A stretch of 64,000 nucleotides of DNA from positions 288,001-352,000 of the forward strand of contig CAXXFV010000015.1 of the NCBI GenBank assembly GCA_963674595.2, written 5' to 3'. The DNA is from a bacterium (GTDB lineage Bacteria; Zhuqueibacterota; Zhuqueibacteria; Residuimicrobiales; Krinioviventaceae). The position numbers were made by a program, and so were the translations under genes. The notes below the pieces were generated by a model. The model searched no databases. It was not told where the DNA came from and was given only the letters and a program-made list of their open reading frames with translations. Shown piece by piece: positions 46,701 through 56,037 of the stretch (position 1 is the stretch's first letter; each line of letters begins with the position of its first letter).

Positions 46701-47412
46701 TGTTACTCCCAATACATGGAACCATATTGTTGTGACTTTTGACAGTGATTCGGGCAGGGTCATTCTTTATGTCAACGGACAGGAAATGGACCGATATGAG
46801 CATGACGAACCCGGGGTTGCCCTTACAAAGGAGTACTCGTCACCCTTGAATGAGATGATTTCTTTCGGCGGAAGAGTGCCGGGCATTATGGACGAGGTAC
46901 GTCTCTGGGACCGGGCACTCTCTGATCAGGAAGTGAAAATGGGGATGAATAACACATTGACCGGTCAGGAACCCGGACTGGTTGCCTGGTGGCCCCTGGA
47001 CGAAGGTTGCGGAGATTTGGCTATGGACAGGACAGAGCATGGGTATGTCGGTTATATCAGCAATATGAAAAGAGTTGAAGGATTCAAGCCTGCTGAGACA
47101 TTGGTGCAGGAATCAGGTGACGAAACAGTACCATTGACTTTTGCCCTTGAACAGAATTATCCCAATCCGTTTAATCCTGCGACCGTGATCGGTTATTCTC
47201 TGCCTGAAAGAAAACAGGTTGTTATGACTATATATGATGTTCTCGGACGGCGTGTGCGGCAGCTTGTAAATCGAACAGAATCAGTCGGCAAGCATTCAGT
47301 CCTTTGGGACGCAACAGATGATTATGGCCAACGGGTCGCCACAGGTATTTATTTTTGTGAAATTCGTGCCGGCGAGTTTAGACAAAGCCGTAAAATGCTG
47401 CTAATGAAATAG
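43783..47412 (+). CDS. S8 subtilisin-like serine protease with PKD, LamG and FlgD/T9SS-type C-terminal domains
   Basis: Catalytic VVDTG, HGTHVAG, AAAGN, GTSMASP; WAWDFDGDG (PKD); WNHIVVTFD...LYVNG...DEVRLW (LamG); QNYPNPFNP. Confidence 0.95.
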   Translation: MRMKKFVKTIGIIILSSVTFLHAQTRPSMVVDEQNHPLYYKGMAVVKLAKRPNGPSLQKGAKSTGMMSVDRIFSKHSVDKIEKHFQHKPIPENSSLPDLSRIYTIHFSEDQNVLSVVRELEKDPNVEYAEPVSVDRLLDVPDDSLYSSQSWLRQIFAEEAWDIHKGEDGDSTVIIGVVDTGVDWKHPDLIDNFWHNLGEDADGDGHVFEWDGSEWKFDPDDENGIDDDGNGYTDDFVGWNFCSSYDFSGDEGNDPGDPAGHGTHVAGIAAGVTGNGKGIASISWNVKLLAAAHAIYLPDFDDYYILDGEKGIVYLAENGADVINASFGGGYSQAKQDAVDYARALGSIVVAAAGNSASEELEYPAACTGVIGVGNLKEDDVLSSWSNRGAYVDVCAPGNQILSTVPDGQYASKSGTSMASPLVAGLLGLIKSMHPDWSCDQLVLQLLSTADNIDALNPGLEHKLGAGRINAYRALTDSGAILPAEYRLAWHTNIVYQGEDGSKIPNLGQRGSFTFTVGNYSSSTNGEPVTFTLSTEDPDIEIIEGEFSEYLNPEDVTTFTDVFNIRVKEGAKPHVADFTISAQSETPIYSNAGKSFDILVAPSGILVIGYAEADFIESFLKNQQLDVLRLDSVPADLTVFDAVFFTQSYGITPELVRNYLENGGRLYVQDYGILSNLEEDISLPGLFGLDRVEQGETIIRPKCIIGGEESLARDMVFTGTAQSFVDASNIYYPNENGTSLLQIEDYGVVGVQGQGEYGQKTVCLSYDLSNLLENASPSGRQALLARILNFFDIETKMFTDFSCERTNDYESFNIQFRDLSLASGAEFVDSWAWDFDGDGVTDSQEANPLWTYTSPGVYDVSLIVSKGAEVDTLARDSTVTIYINGGGITSVDYGSDISVPGDSSMDQALNRAMSMECMVWPDTMAIEELGGWWFPLWNKSDALILCLYDDLSLDIEIELEDGSWDYVYADVGAVTPNTWNHIVVTFDSDSGRVILYVNGQEMDRYEHDEPGVALTKEYSSPLNEMISFGGRVPGIMDEVRLWDRALSDQEVKMGMNNTLTGQEPGLVAWWPLDEGCGDLAMDRTEHGYVGYISNMKRVEGFKPAETLVQESGDETVPLTFALEQNYPNPFNPATVIGYSLPERKQVVMTIYDVLGRRVRQLVNRTESVGKHSVLWDATDDYGQRVATGIYFCEIRAGEFRQSRKMLLMK

Positions 47413-47434
47413 AAAATATCATTCCCAAAAATGA

Positions 47435-47462
47435 GCAGGGATTCAAAATTTTGAATCCCTGC
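47435..47462. terminator. Perfect 28-bp palindrome, probable terminator
   Basis: GCAGGGATTCAAAATTTTGAATCCCTGC just after the S8 stop. Confidence 0.65.
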
Positions 47463-47819
47463 AATAATTTACCTTTTAAATTTTTCCAATATACTGTAAA
47501 AAATTCTTGCGCTGGTTTTATATAATTTGTATTATACTTTTAACATCTGTAAAGAATTGATTTTTAAGACTATTTTTGTAGTTGGTCTATTTTATAAACA
47601 CGGGGGTCAACGGCACAAACGAGGAAAAGATTGTTTCGGATTCAGAATCATACTCCTGTTGTCCCGATGACAAAATTTCTACAAAGGGTAATGACGGCCT
47701 TGTTGTTGCCCCAAAATGCTTTCCAAATTTATCAACCTAAAAATATAATTATTCATATCGCTTAATAAATAAAAGATTTGTTCCAATAACAATTTAAAAC
47801 ATAAAAAGGAGAAAAAGCC

Positions 47820-48770
47820 ATGTATAAAATATTTGGGTTCCTTATTTCCTTTTTAATAATTCCAGGTTGTCTTTTTTCTCAGGTGCAATCAGATTATAAT
47901 CCTATGAACATCGGCAACTATTGGATTCAGCATACAAACACCCTTTTTGATGGATATAATCCAACAACCTTTAGAATGGAAATCGAAGGAATTGACCTGA
48001 TTAATGGAATAGAATATTTTAGGATGAAACAAGAACAGACAGTAGATGATGGTTCTAAAAAACCTTCTGTGTGGTATATTTGGACGGGTCAAAATTCTAA
48101 AGGTGGATTGTTGGGAGCTTTTGGCACCAGTTCCGATATAGATTCAGCATTTATTTATGATCCACCGGTTGTCTCGTTTCCAAAGGACGCAAATAGTATA
48201 GGCTATTCATGGAAATATTTTATGCCTGGTACGGGAAACGGTGGTCAAAATTTTTCCAATGAAATTATAAGTTACACGGAAACAGTCAAGGTGCCGAGTG
48301 GAGCATACAAAAATTGTATGAAAATCAGTACTATTATTACAGATACATCGGGAACAACAACCCAAACATATAACCATTATTATGCTCAGGGAGTTGGACA
48401 AATATTAAATGAAGGGTGGAGTTCCTGGGGAGGTGATTATAAATTTGAACTGACAGAGTATAATGTTCAAACCTCTGTAATTGTCGGAAAATCATTAAAT
48501 AATCCAGATAATTTTAAACTATGCCGGAACTATCCCAATCCGTTTAATCCAAAAACTGTTATTCAATACCAAATACCAAACTCGACAAATGTTTCGTTAA
48601 AAGTATATAATGTTCTTGGTAAAGAAATAGCTACTTTGGTTGACCAATACCAGTCCTTCGGAAATCACTCGATAAAATTTGATGCGACTAATCTGCCATC
48701 GGGTATTTATTTCTATAAACTTAGGACCGCCGGCTACTTGGAAACGAAAAAGATGCTGCTTTGTAGATAA
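47820..48770 (+). CDS. Secreted hypothetical protein with T9SS-type CTD
   Basis: Signal peptide; Y.P..IGN.W, E.V.VP.G.Y.NC, YYA.GVG; NYPNPFNP, SGIYFYKL. Confidence 0.82.
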   Translation: MYKIFGFLISFLIIPGCLFSQVQSDYNPMNIGNYWIQHTNTLFDGYNPTTFRMEIEGIDLINGIEYFRMKQEQTVDDGSKKPSVWYIWTGQNSKGGLLGAFGTSSDIDSAFIYDPPVVSFPKDANSIGYSWKYFMPGTGNGGQNFSNEIISYTETVKVPSGAYKNCMKISTIITDTSGTTTQTYNHYYAQGVGQILNEGWSSWGGDYKFELTEYNVQTSVIVGKSLNNPDNFKLCRNYPNPFNPKTVIQYQIPNSTNVSLKVYNVLGKEIATLVDQYQSFGNHSIKFDATNLPSGIYFYKLRTAGYLETKKMLLCR

Positions 48771-48882
48771 GTTGCTGGAGTGATATTATAAAGGCAGCAT
48801 TAATTTCTTTTCCGGTTACCCCGGGGTACCATCTTTGAGCAAAAAACAATTTTCTGTCCTTAAAATAATCTTTAAACATTGT

Positions 48883-48911
48883 TTGACATAAACGGGCCCA
48901 GTCCTTATATT
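48883..48911 (+). promoter_or_regulatory. sigma70 promoter (copy A of a duplicated element)
   Basis: TTGACA-17 nt-TATATT. Confidence 0.75.
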
Positions 48912-49015
48912 AGACCGTCCGATCAGGTTATTATATCCCCGGATGCTTAAAAACAATATGATGAATAAACACAACTATTTTGTAAACGCCTGTGCGTTTG
49001 TTTTCGGAGTATTTA

Positions 49016-49735
49016 ATGAAAGTACTTTTATTTGATTTTGATGGTACACTTGGCTATAGAGATGGAATGTGGACTGACACATTTTTTTCTTTATTAATAA
49101 AACACAATATCCATTCTATTGAAAAACGGGATTTGAGGCCTTTGCTAAATATCGGCTATACCTGGAGTTCCCCTGATTCACCGCATCGTGATCTTTTTAA
49201 GGGAAAAACCTGGTGGGAATATTATGAGGATTATTTTTGTGAAATTTTGTCTCTTTTTGGAATTGGCGCACAGCAAAGTAAAAATATTGCATCCGAATTT
49301 AGAGCGGAATATATGGATAAAACCAAATGGCACCTGTTTTCAGATATTCTTCCCCTGTTAAAAAAGAGTCAACAAAACGGCTTTACGAATATAATCCTTT
49401 CAAATCACATTCCGGAACTGGAAACTATTGTTGATTATCTTGGTATATCCGAGCTGTTTTTCAAAATATATAGTTCAGGATTATTAGGGTATGAAAAGCC
49501 GAACAAGGAAATCTTTAACCACGTTGTGAATGATCTGGGTATTGAAAGAAAAAACATCATCATGATTGGTGATAATTATCGGGCTGATATCGGTGGTGCT
49601 TTACGTTCACAAATAAAGGCAATTCTTGTGAGAAAGGAAAATGACAAAGACTATAGATGGTATTGCCAGGACTTTATACAACTGCCGGATGTTCTAAAAG
49701 AATTAGGTTTTGACATAACAGCGGCTGCGATTTAA
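49016..49735 (+). CDS. HAD-superfamily hydrolase
   Basis: LLFDFDGTL, LSN, EKP...IF, MIGDN...DI.GA. Confidence 0.92.
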   Translation: MKVLLFDFDGTLGYRDGMWTDTFFSLLIKHNIHSIEKRDLRPLLNIGYTWSSPDSPHRDLFKGKTWWEYYEDYFCEILSLFGIGAQQSKNIASEFRAEYMDKTKWHLFSDILPLLKKSQQNGFTNIILSNHIPELETIVDYLGISELFFKIYSSGLLGYEKPNKEIFNHVVNDLGIERKNIIMIGDNYRADIGGALRSQIKAILVRKENDKDYRWYCQDFIQLPDVLKELGFDITAAAI

Positions 49736-49804
49736 ATTGTTTATTGTTAGCCTGTAAGGCATTTTTATCGTTTTTTACCCGGTAAAAATAAATTGAATCA
49801 ATAT

Positions 49805-49833
49805 TTGACATAAATGGGTTCATTCCTTATATT
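49805..49833 (+). promoter_or_regulatory. sigma70 promoter (copy B of a duplicated element)
   Basis: TTGACA-17 nt-TATATT. Confidence 0.75.
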
Positions 49834-49922
49834 AAAATGTCTCAGATAGCAAAGTTTGAGACGATATCTAACCTGTTATCGATAAGAGGGAAATCTTTGT
49901 TATAAACCAGCGGAGCAGATCT

Positions 49923-51212
49923 GTGAAATTGCTGTTGGTAAACCTGGAAAACAACAATAGTATAAAATACGATCGCTTACTAATTTTGTTTGGCATATTT
50001 TGGGCTTTCTTTATAACAATATCAAGGGCACTACGATGGCCTAACGATTGGGCGGAAGCACAATGGCTGATAAGTTATAAATTTGGTTTTGTAAAACGGG
50101 GATTACCGGGAACACTCATTGCACCTTTTGTTAATTTGGGTAGAATAAATAATAATGTAGATATTGTAATAAAAATAATATCAACAATCTTTCTTTTGCT
50201 TTTCTGTGCCGTGCTGCTCTGGATATGTTTACGAATTATTCAAAAATCACTTTTTAATATTTACAGTGTGCTGGTTGTTTTGATATTTTCAACATCACCA
50301 TTTGTTGTGATGAGCGCGCACTTGAACGGTTATTTTGATCATATTATTGTGATTTTAATTGTTTTTTCCTGTTGGGCATTATTTAATGGTAAAGTCTGGT
50401 TGATCTCAATAATACTTTCAACAGGCATACTTGTTCATGAAATCACTTTTTTGATTGGATTTCCGGTTGTCATTTTTCTTGCATTGGTTCAGTACATTAA
50501 AGAAACCAATAACTTGAATACAAAACAGTTGATAACCGGTTATTTCTCCCGTTATAAATTACTTTTTTTAATCCCCTCAGTTACACTGTTGATTATTATT
50601 ATCAACCAGACAATATTCATAGAACCTGCGGAATTAAAAATCCGGCTTGTAGCTTATTTAACACAATTCGATTTTATACAGGATAAAAGAAACTTTGTCG
50701 TTCCGAACGCTTTTACGACTTCATTTTTTGCCTATTTCTCTCAACAGGGCCCCATGTTTATGCAACGCATAACAGACCTGACTCACCTACTGCATATCGG
50801 GTTACCCATAATTATTTTGTTACATTATGTTTGGCACAATCTTTCTGCCATTCGTTATAAAAAATTAATTTTTGGGGTTCTTGTTGCAATTACACTATTA
50901 CCCTTGTCGCTTCATGTTATCGCCTGCGATACAAGCCGGATTTGGTCATATCCGCTTTTGGTGGCGATGCTTTCACTGTGGGGAGTCACTGAAATTTTAC
51001 CTGCCAATAATAATGTGGATAAAGAACCTTTCGTTTTTTATATCATCGGATTAATCCTTTTAATATCTCAGATATTTATATTAACACCGCTTATGGACGG
51101 TGCGCAGGAACAATATTCGAATGGGATGCGAATCATCCTTTATTCTCCGACATTCATAATTTTTACAATATTTATTTTACGTTATTATAAATCGAAAAAC
51201 AGCTCTTTTTAA
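49923..51212 (+). CDS. Multi-pass membrane protein, possibly GT-C glycosyltransferase-like
   Basis: About 10 TM segments; W..SY..GF.KRGL.G, G..D, L.HE, D..R. Confidence 0.6.
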   Translation: MKLLLVNLENNNSIKYDRLLILFGIFWAFFITISRALRWPNDWAEAQWLISYKFGFVKRGLPGTLIAPFVNLGRINNNVDIVIKIISTIFLLLFCAVLLWICLRIIQKSLFNIYSVLVVLIFSTSPFVVMSAHLNGYFDHIIVILIVFSCWALFNGKVWLISIILSTGILVHEITFLIGFPVVIFLALVQYIKETNNLNTKQLITGYFSRYKLLFLIPSVTLLIIIINQTIFIEPAELKIRLVAYLTQFDFIQDKRNFVVPNAFTTSFFAYFSQQGPMFMQRITDLTHLLHIGLPIIILLHYVWHNLSAIRYKKLIFGVLVAITLLPLSLHVIACDTSRIWSYPLLVAMLSLWGVTEILPANNNVDKEPFVFYIIGLILLISQIFILTPLMDGAQEQYSNGMRIILYSPTFIIFTIFILRYYKSKNSSF

Positions 51213-51287
51213 TATTTTTATATTATGTTTGCTAATTAACATTTAATATAAAATTTGTAAATGTAACTTGATTATAGACGGGACAAT

Positions 51288-52730
51288 ATGATGAATATTG
51301 ATATGAAAAAAATAAATACAACAAAAGTTGGATTGTTCGGAATTGGCCTTGATACATATTGGCCTCAATTCGAAGGATTGCTTGACAATTTAAAAGACTA
51401 TCAAAATCAAATAAGAAAAAGATTTGAAAGTTTTGGAATTAATTTAGTAGACGCCGGGATGGTTGATAAGCCGGAAAAGGCCTGCGAAGCAGCAGATTTA
51501 CTGAAAACTCATGATGTGGAAATTGTATTTCTTTATGTTTCAACTTATGCTTTGTCGTCAACCGTGCTGCCTGTTGCACAAAAATTAAAAGTCCCGGTCG
51601 TAATTCTTAACCTTCAACCGGTTGCGCAACTGGATTACAAGGCCTTTAACAGTTTGAACGATCGGGGTAAACAGACAGGAATTTGGCTGGAGCACTGCCA
51701 GGCTTGTTCTGTGCCTGAGATTGCATCGGTTTTCAATCGTGCCGGTATCCAATATGATATTGTCACCGGACATTTGCAGGATGATGATGCCTGGCGAGAC
51801 ATAAAAGCATGGACCGAGGCTGCTGCAACAGCGGCTGCTATAAGAGATAACCGCATGGGAATTTTAGGCCACTATTATAATGGAATGTTGGATGTTTATA
51901 CGGATATCACAAAACAATCTTCGGTTTTTGGTACCCACATTGAACTCATTGAAATGTGTGAATTAAAAAAGTATCGCGATCAGGTTACTAAAGAGCAAAT
52001 CGCTGCCAAAATTGAGGAATTTAACAATACTTTTGACGTTTCAAAAGAGTGTGAAACGATTGAACTTGAACGTGCTGCACAGACGTCTGTGGCACTCGAC
52101 AAATTAGTTGAAGCCAAAAAAATAGGCTCTATGGCTTATTATTACGAGGGTGAAGAAGGTAATGAATATGAAAATATAGTAACCTCGGTCATTGCCGGCA
52201 ATACTTTATTGACAGGTAAAAATATTCCCATTGCCGGGGAGTGTGAAGTGAAAAACGCACAGGCAATGAAAATCATGGCTGAATTTGGAGCTGGGGGTTC
52301 TTTTTCTGAATTTTATCTGATGGATTTCAAGGACGATGTTGTCTACCTGGGACATGATGGCCCTGCACATTACGCCATTGCACAGGAAAAGGTAAAATTG
52401 GTCCCATTACCGGTTTATCACGGCAAGCCTGGTAAAGGGCTTTCAATTCAGATGAATGTTAAAAATGGTCCGGTTACTTTACTTTCTGTGGTTGAGGGAA
52501 AAGACAACGTGTTCTTTTTATGTGCTGAAGGCTATGCAGTGGAGGGCCCTGTGCTTCAAATAGGCAATACTAACAGCCGTTACCGTTTTTCCATTGGCGC
52601 CAAAGCTTTTATGGATACATGGTCAAAGCAAGGCCCGGCACACCATTGCGCTATTGGTATAGGACATATTGCTAATAAAATTGAAAGGCTGGGGCAAATT
52701 TTAAATATAGATGTTGTTAAAATTTGTTGA
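51288..52730 (+). CDS. L-fucose/L-arabinose isomerase family protein
   Basis: GLDTYWPQF, GMLDVY.D, AGECE.K, GSFSEFY..DF, GHDGP.H, GPAHHCAIG.GH. Confidence 0.85.
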   Translation: MMNIDMKKINTTKVGLFGIGLDTYWPQFEGLLDNLKDYQNQIRKRFESFGINLVDAGMVDKPEKACEAADLLKTHDVEIVFLYVSTYALSSTVLPVAQKLKVPVVILNLQPVAQLDYKAFNSLNDRGKQTGIWLEHCQACSVPEIASVFNRAGIQYDIVTGHLQDDDAWRDIKAWTEAAATAAAIRDNRMGILGHYYNGMLDVYTDITKQSSVFGTHIELIEMCELKKYRDQVTKEQIAAKIEEFNNTFDVSKECETIELERAAQTSVALDKLVEAKKIGSMAYYYEGEEGNEYENIVTSVIAGNTLLTGKNIPIAGECEVKNAQAMKIMAEFGAGGSFSEFYLMDFKDDVVYLGHDGPAHYAIAQEKVKLVPLPVYHGKPGKGLSIQMNVKNGPVTLLSVVEGKDNVFFLCAEGYAVEGPVLQIGNTNSRYRFSIGAKAFMDTWSKQGPAHHCAIGIGHIANKIERLGQILNIDVVKIC

Positions 52731-52968
52731 CAGACAATTTAATTATAATTTCACTATCCTTTTCTTGTCTTGCATTCGTTTTGGAAAGTTATGCCGGCAA
52801 ACTGGTAAGGCAATTTGGGCCATTAATTATCAAAGGAAATGGTTTGATTACATTTTAAATCCGGCAAGACATTACTCTCAAATATGGGGGATCAATGATT
52901 CAATTAAAGATAATGAACAAAATCTTTTTCAATAATTGATAAATTCAAATTTAAAAAGGAGAGCTAAA

Positions 52969-53556
52969 TTGAAATCAAAAAAAGTATCTGTTATCGTATC
53001 TGGTCTGTTAATATTTTTGATGCTGAATTCTTGCGGTAAAAAAGATGAAAGCTCCAGCCAGGAAAATGCTGCACAGAAATCTTCCCAGTCATCCGAGATG
53101 GCTGCTGCTGAAAAAGCAGGCGATACCGCAAAAGGAAAAATAGACGGGCAATTCATTACAGTAGATCAATTTAAATTTGTCATTCCCAAAGACTGGAAAG
53201 GTGATAAGGATACCCAGGTGTGGTTCCCGGATACGGAAGATGCAAATAAACCTATTCCCGATCGCAGCCTCCATCATGGAGCACGGCCACTAATGGGCAT
53301 TCCGTCTTTGGAAAAGGGGATACAAACTCATATCGGCTTGGAACCTGTTGATAAAAAGCCGGTAAAAGTGGGAAACATGCAGGGAATAATCTGCCAATGG
53401 CAGAGAGGAAGCTATAAGAGCATCGGGCTTTTTTTACTTGAAAAGAGCGCCGGGATGGATATTATGTATTTCTTTATCTGTCAGGCCCCGGCAACTTTGT
53501 TTGATCAGAATTTGGAAACCTATAAAAAAATTCTGGCGAGTGTTTCATTAAAATAA
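52969..53556 (+). CDS. Hypothetical lipoprotein (PsbP-like fold possible)
   Basis: TTG start after AGGAG; lipobox LNSC; F..P.DW; C-terminal helix YKKILASV. Confidence 0.7.
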   Translation: MKSKKVSVIVSGLLIFLMLNSCGKKDESSSQENAAQKSSQSSEMAAAEKAGDTAKGKIDGQFITVDQFKFVIPKDWKGDKDTQVWFPDTEDANKPIPDRSLHHGARPLMGIPSLEKGIQTHIGLEPVDKKPVKVGNMQGIICQWQRGSYKSIGLFLLEKSAGMDIMYFFICQAPATLFDQNLETYKKILASVSLK

Positions 53557-53587
53557 AATACCCGTTTAAATTTTTGATTGTCAATTT

Positions 53588-53620
53588 TGCCGCCCAGAGA
53601 AACATCCGGGGCGGCATTTA
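53588..53620 (+). terminator. Intrinsic terminator
   Basis: TGCCGCCC...GGGCGGCA followed by TTTATATTTT. Confidence 0.65.
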
Positions 53621-53774
53621 TATTTTAGAAGCGGACCCAGCCGCAACGGATGAAATTCCTAAAAAATTAAAATTGCACTTGCTATTTTCATCAATTGGGT
53701 TAAGTTGAATAAAGATAAGGTGTATTGCTAAAAAATCACCTTTATGTCATTATGACAAATCCGGAGGATGTAAA

Positions 53775-54227
53775 ATGTTATCAAAATTTTCTTCTGACAA
53801 TGTTTTTAAATCTGCTGGTTTTTGGGGAGTACTATTGGCCCTTATTATTTTCTTACCGATTACAAGTTTTTCTTTAGAGATTACAATTGATGTGGCGCCG
53901 AATGTTTTAAATTTGCAAAACAACGGGCAAGTGGTCACTATTCACACGGATATTGATTATCATCTTGTCCAGGCCTCAACTGTGTATCTGAATGGTATTG
54001 CCATACAGAGTTACAAGTCCGACCTGCGTGGTAATTTTGTCGCCAAGTTCGACATTGAGGCGGTTAAAGGATTGCCGTTGGTTATTGATGGCTATAACAC
54101 CCTTACAATGGAAGGTGTTACAACGACAAACGAAGAGTTTTTTGGTTCTCAGGATATTCTGGTTATCGACAAAAGCGCCGTTGTTAAAACCCGTAAAAGC
54201 GTTGATAAAAACCTATCACGCTATTGA
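53775..54227 (+). CDS. Exported hypothetical protein
   Basis: RBS GGAGG, hydrophobic N-terminus, IDVAP..LNL...G.V.LNG...L..KFD beta domain. Confidence 0.7.
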   Translation: MLSKFSSDNVFKSAGFWGVLLALIIFLPITSFSLEITIDVAPNVLNLQNNGQVVTIHTDIDYHLVQASTVYLNGIAIQSYKSDLRGNFVAKFDIEAVKGLPLVIDGYNTLTMEGVTTTNEEFFGSQDILVIDKSAVVKTRKSVDKNLSRY

Positions 54228-54293
54228 TTTTATTCTTTAGGGGCCATTCTGTAAAAGGGGATGATTTATTGGAATGTAAATTAGAGAAAATTT

Positions 54294-54328
54294 AAGCCCT
54301 TTTTATTGTTTTAAAAAGGGCTTTTGTT
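54294..54328 (+). terminator. Intrinsic terminator
   Basis: AAGCCCTTTTTA...TAAAAAGGGCTT followed by TTGTT. Confidence 0.65.
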
Positions 54329-54612
54329 AATTGCATATAGGTTGCAAACTATGTGAATTAATTAGTAAACACTTGCCTGTAGATTATAAACCATTAGGAA
54401 TGATTGACATTAAAAAATGAATCTTGACTGTTTTGTTTGTTATAAAGATGGAATTTTGTAACACAAAAGGAAAACATTATTTACCTTGTCAATTTGTTTA
54501 AAATTAATTTCTATTTCTAATTAGGATAATTTTGGTTATAATTTATAGGCAGATAAAATAGAAAACGTAAGAATAATAACTTGATGTATGTATGAAATAA
54601 CGTGGGATTTAA

Positions 54613-55392
54613 ATGGTACCAAAAAGTGAAAATACAACGCCTCGTCAATTAAATGTCGATCCATTGTACTCAAAAGGCGAGTATTTTTCTGATACGCAAA
54701 GACATAGCCATGATGCTGCTTTCAAAGCAAATAATTTCCTAAAGCTGTTTTCAAAATTTGTAAAACAGAATAATATAGAAATCAACTCATTTGTTGATGT
54801 GGGCTGTGGTTCCGGTGATATTATTAAAATTATAGCAGATTCTTTAAATGCAAACAATTCTAATTTAATAAAATTCAAAGCCTATGATGTTTCACCTCAT
54901 ATTCAAAATATTAAAAATGAAGGTATTGAGTATATTAATGGAGATTTTTGCGAATCAGATGAATTTGTTGATGTTGTAACTTTGTTTGATGTCTTTGAGC
55001 ATGTTCCTGACCCCATTGAGTTTATAAAAGCCGTTGCAAAGCGATGTAAAATTATTGGTTTTCATATACCGTTGGATAACTCAATCATGTTGGCTTTAAG
55101 GAACAAGTTCCGACATAAATTACGGACTGTCGGGCATTTACTTTTTATGGATACGGCTTTAGCTCTTAACTTATTGGCGTTATCAGGTCTCAAGGTGGTT
55201 GATTATGAGTACACTTTTGCTTTTTTAGCTCCATCCGGATATAGCACGATATTTGGAAAATTAATATTTCCTCTCCGATATTTGTTGGCAAAGATTAATC
55301 CATGGTTATTAAGCAAAACACTTGGAGGAGCCAGTCTTATTGTCCTGGCAATTACCGAAAAAGGTTTACATGAAATAAAACTCGATCATTAA
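54613..55392 (+). CDS. Class I SAM-dependent methyltransferase
   Basis: VDVGCGSG, YDVS, DVVTLFDVFEHVPDP. Confidence 0.88.
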   Translation: MVPKSENTTPRQLNVDPLYSKGEYFSDTQRHSHDAAFKANNFLKLFSKFVKQNNIEINSFVDVGCGSGDIIKIIADSLNANNSNLIKFKAYDVSPHIQNIKNEGIEYINGDFCESDEFVDVVTLFDVFEHVPDPIEFIKAVAKRCKIIGFHIPLDNSIMLALRNKFRHKLRTVGHLLFMDTALALNLLALSGLKVVDYEYTFAFLAPSGYSTIFGKLIFPLRYLLAKINPWLLSKTLGGASLIVLAITEKGLHEIKLDH

Positions 55393-55444
55393 AATGATAT
55401 TTTTTTTATAAAAATACCTAATGACTACCCTCTGTAAATATAAA

Positions 55445-55482
55445 AACCCTTTTCGTACTAAACCAGATGACGAAAAGGGTAT
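55445..55482. terminator. Bidirectional terminator between convergent genes
   Basis: ACCCTTTTCGT...ACGAAAAGGGT. Confidence 0.65.
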
Positions 55483-55501
55483 ATACTTAAAATTATTTAA
55501 T

Positions 55502-55999
55502 TTATTCTGCCGGCTGCCCCATTGCTCTGTTTTTGCTTCTTTCAATGGATTGAAGTGCCAGATAACGGTCGCCAAATTTTTCCATATTGTCCGTTTCCTG
55601 ATCAAATTGATCGTAATGGAGTTCTTCGTCTGCTACCAAATCTTCAAAAAGTTTTTTGGAAACAGAATCTGCATTGGCGGCACATTCATTGGCCCATTTA
55701 TTATAATCCATAACACTGGATTGCTCCATTTGGCATGCTTTTTCCAGCATTTTTCCAACATCATGTATTTTTTCTACTGCTTCTGAATTTACCATTTCAA
55801 CTTCACCTTTTAAGAACAATATACGTTCAGCCAGGCGTTCCACGTGCAGCATCTCTTCAATGGCTGTTTTTTTGAACAAACCGGCCAAAAGATCATATCC
55901 CTGATCGTCAAGGTGAAAATGAAAGTACATGTACTGATGAACAGCACTTAATTCATCAGCAACGGCTTTGTTAAGTAGCTCAATACTTTTTTCATGCAT
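55502..55999 (-). CDS. bfr: Bacterioferritin
   Basis: ELSAVHQY..H, EEMLH (ferroxidase Glu/His and heme-ligand Met), ERILFL.G, DEE.H. Confidence 0.9.
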   Translation of the reverse strand: MHEKSIELLNKAVADELSAVHQYMYFHFHLDDQGYDLLAGLFKKTAIEEMLHVERLAERILFLKGEVEMVNSEAVEKIHDVGKMLEKACQMEQSSVMDYNKWANECAANADSVSKKLFEDLVADEELHYDQFDQETDNMEKFGDRYLALQSIERSKNRAMGQPAE

Positions 56000-56037
56000 T
56001 GGTTAGATCTCCTGTTAATTGAATTTTTCTATTTTAA

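Noticed and set aside
49713-49752. attC-like pair ACATAAC...GTTAGCC after the HAD gene, and ATCTAAC...GTTATAA near 49866-49905
   Set aside because: Too short for attC, no convincing L boxes or hairpin, not repeated after other genes, and no integron integrase seen.
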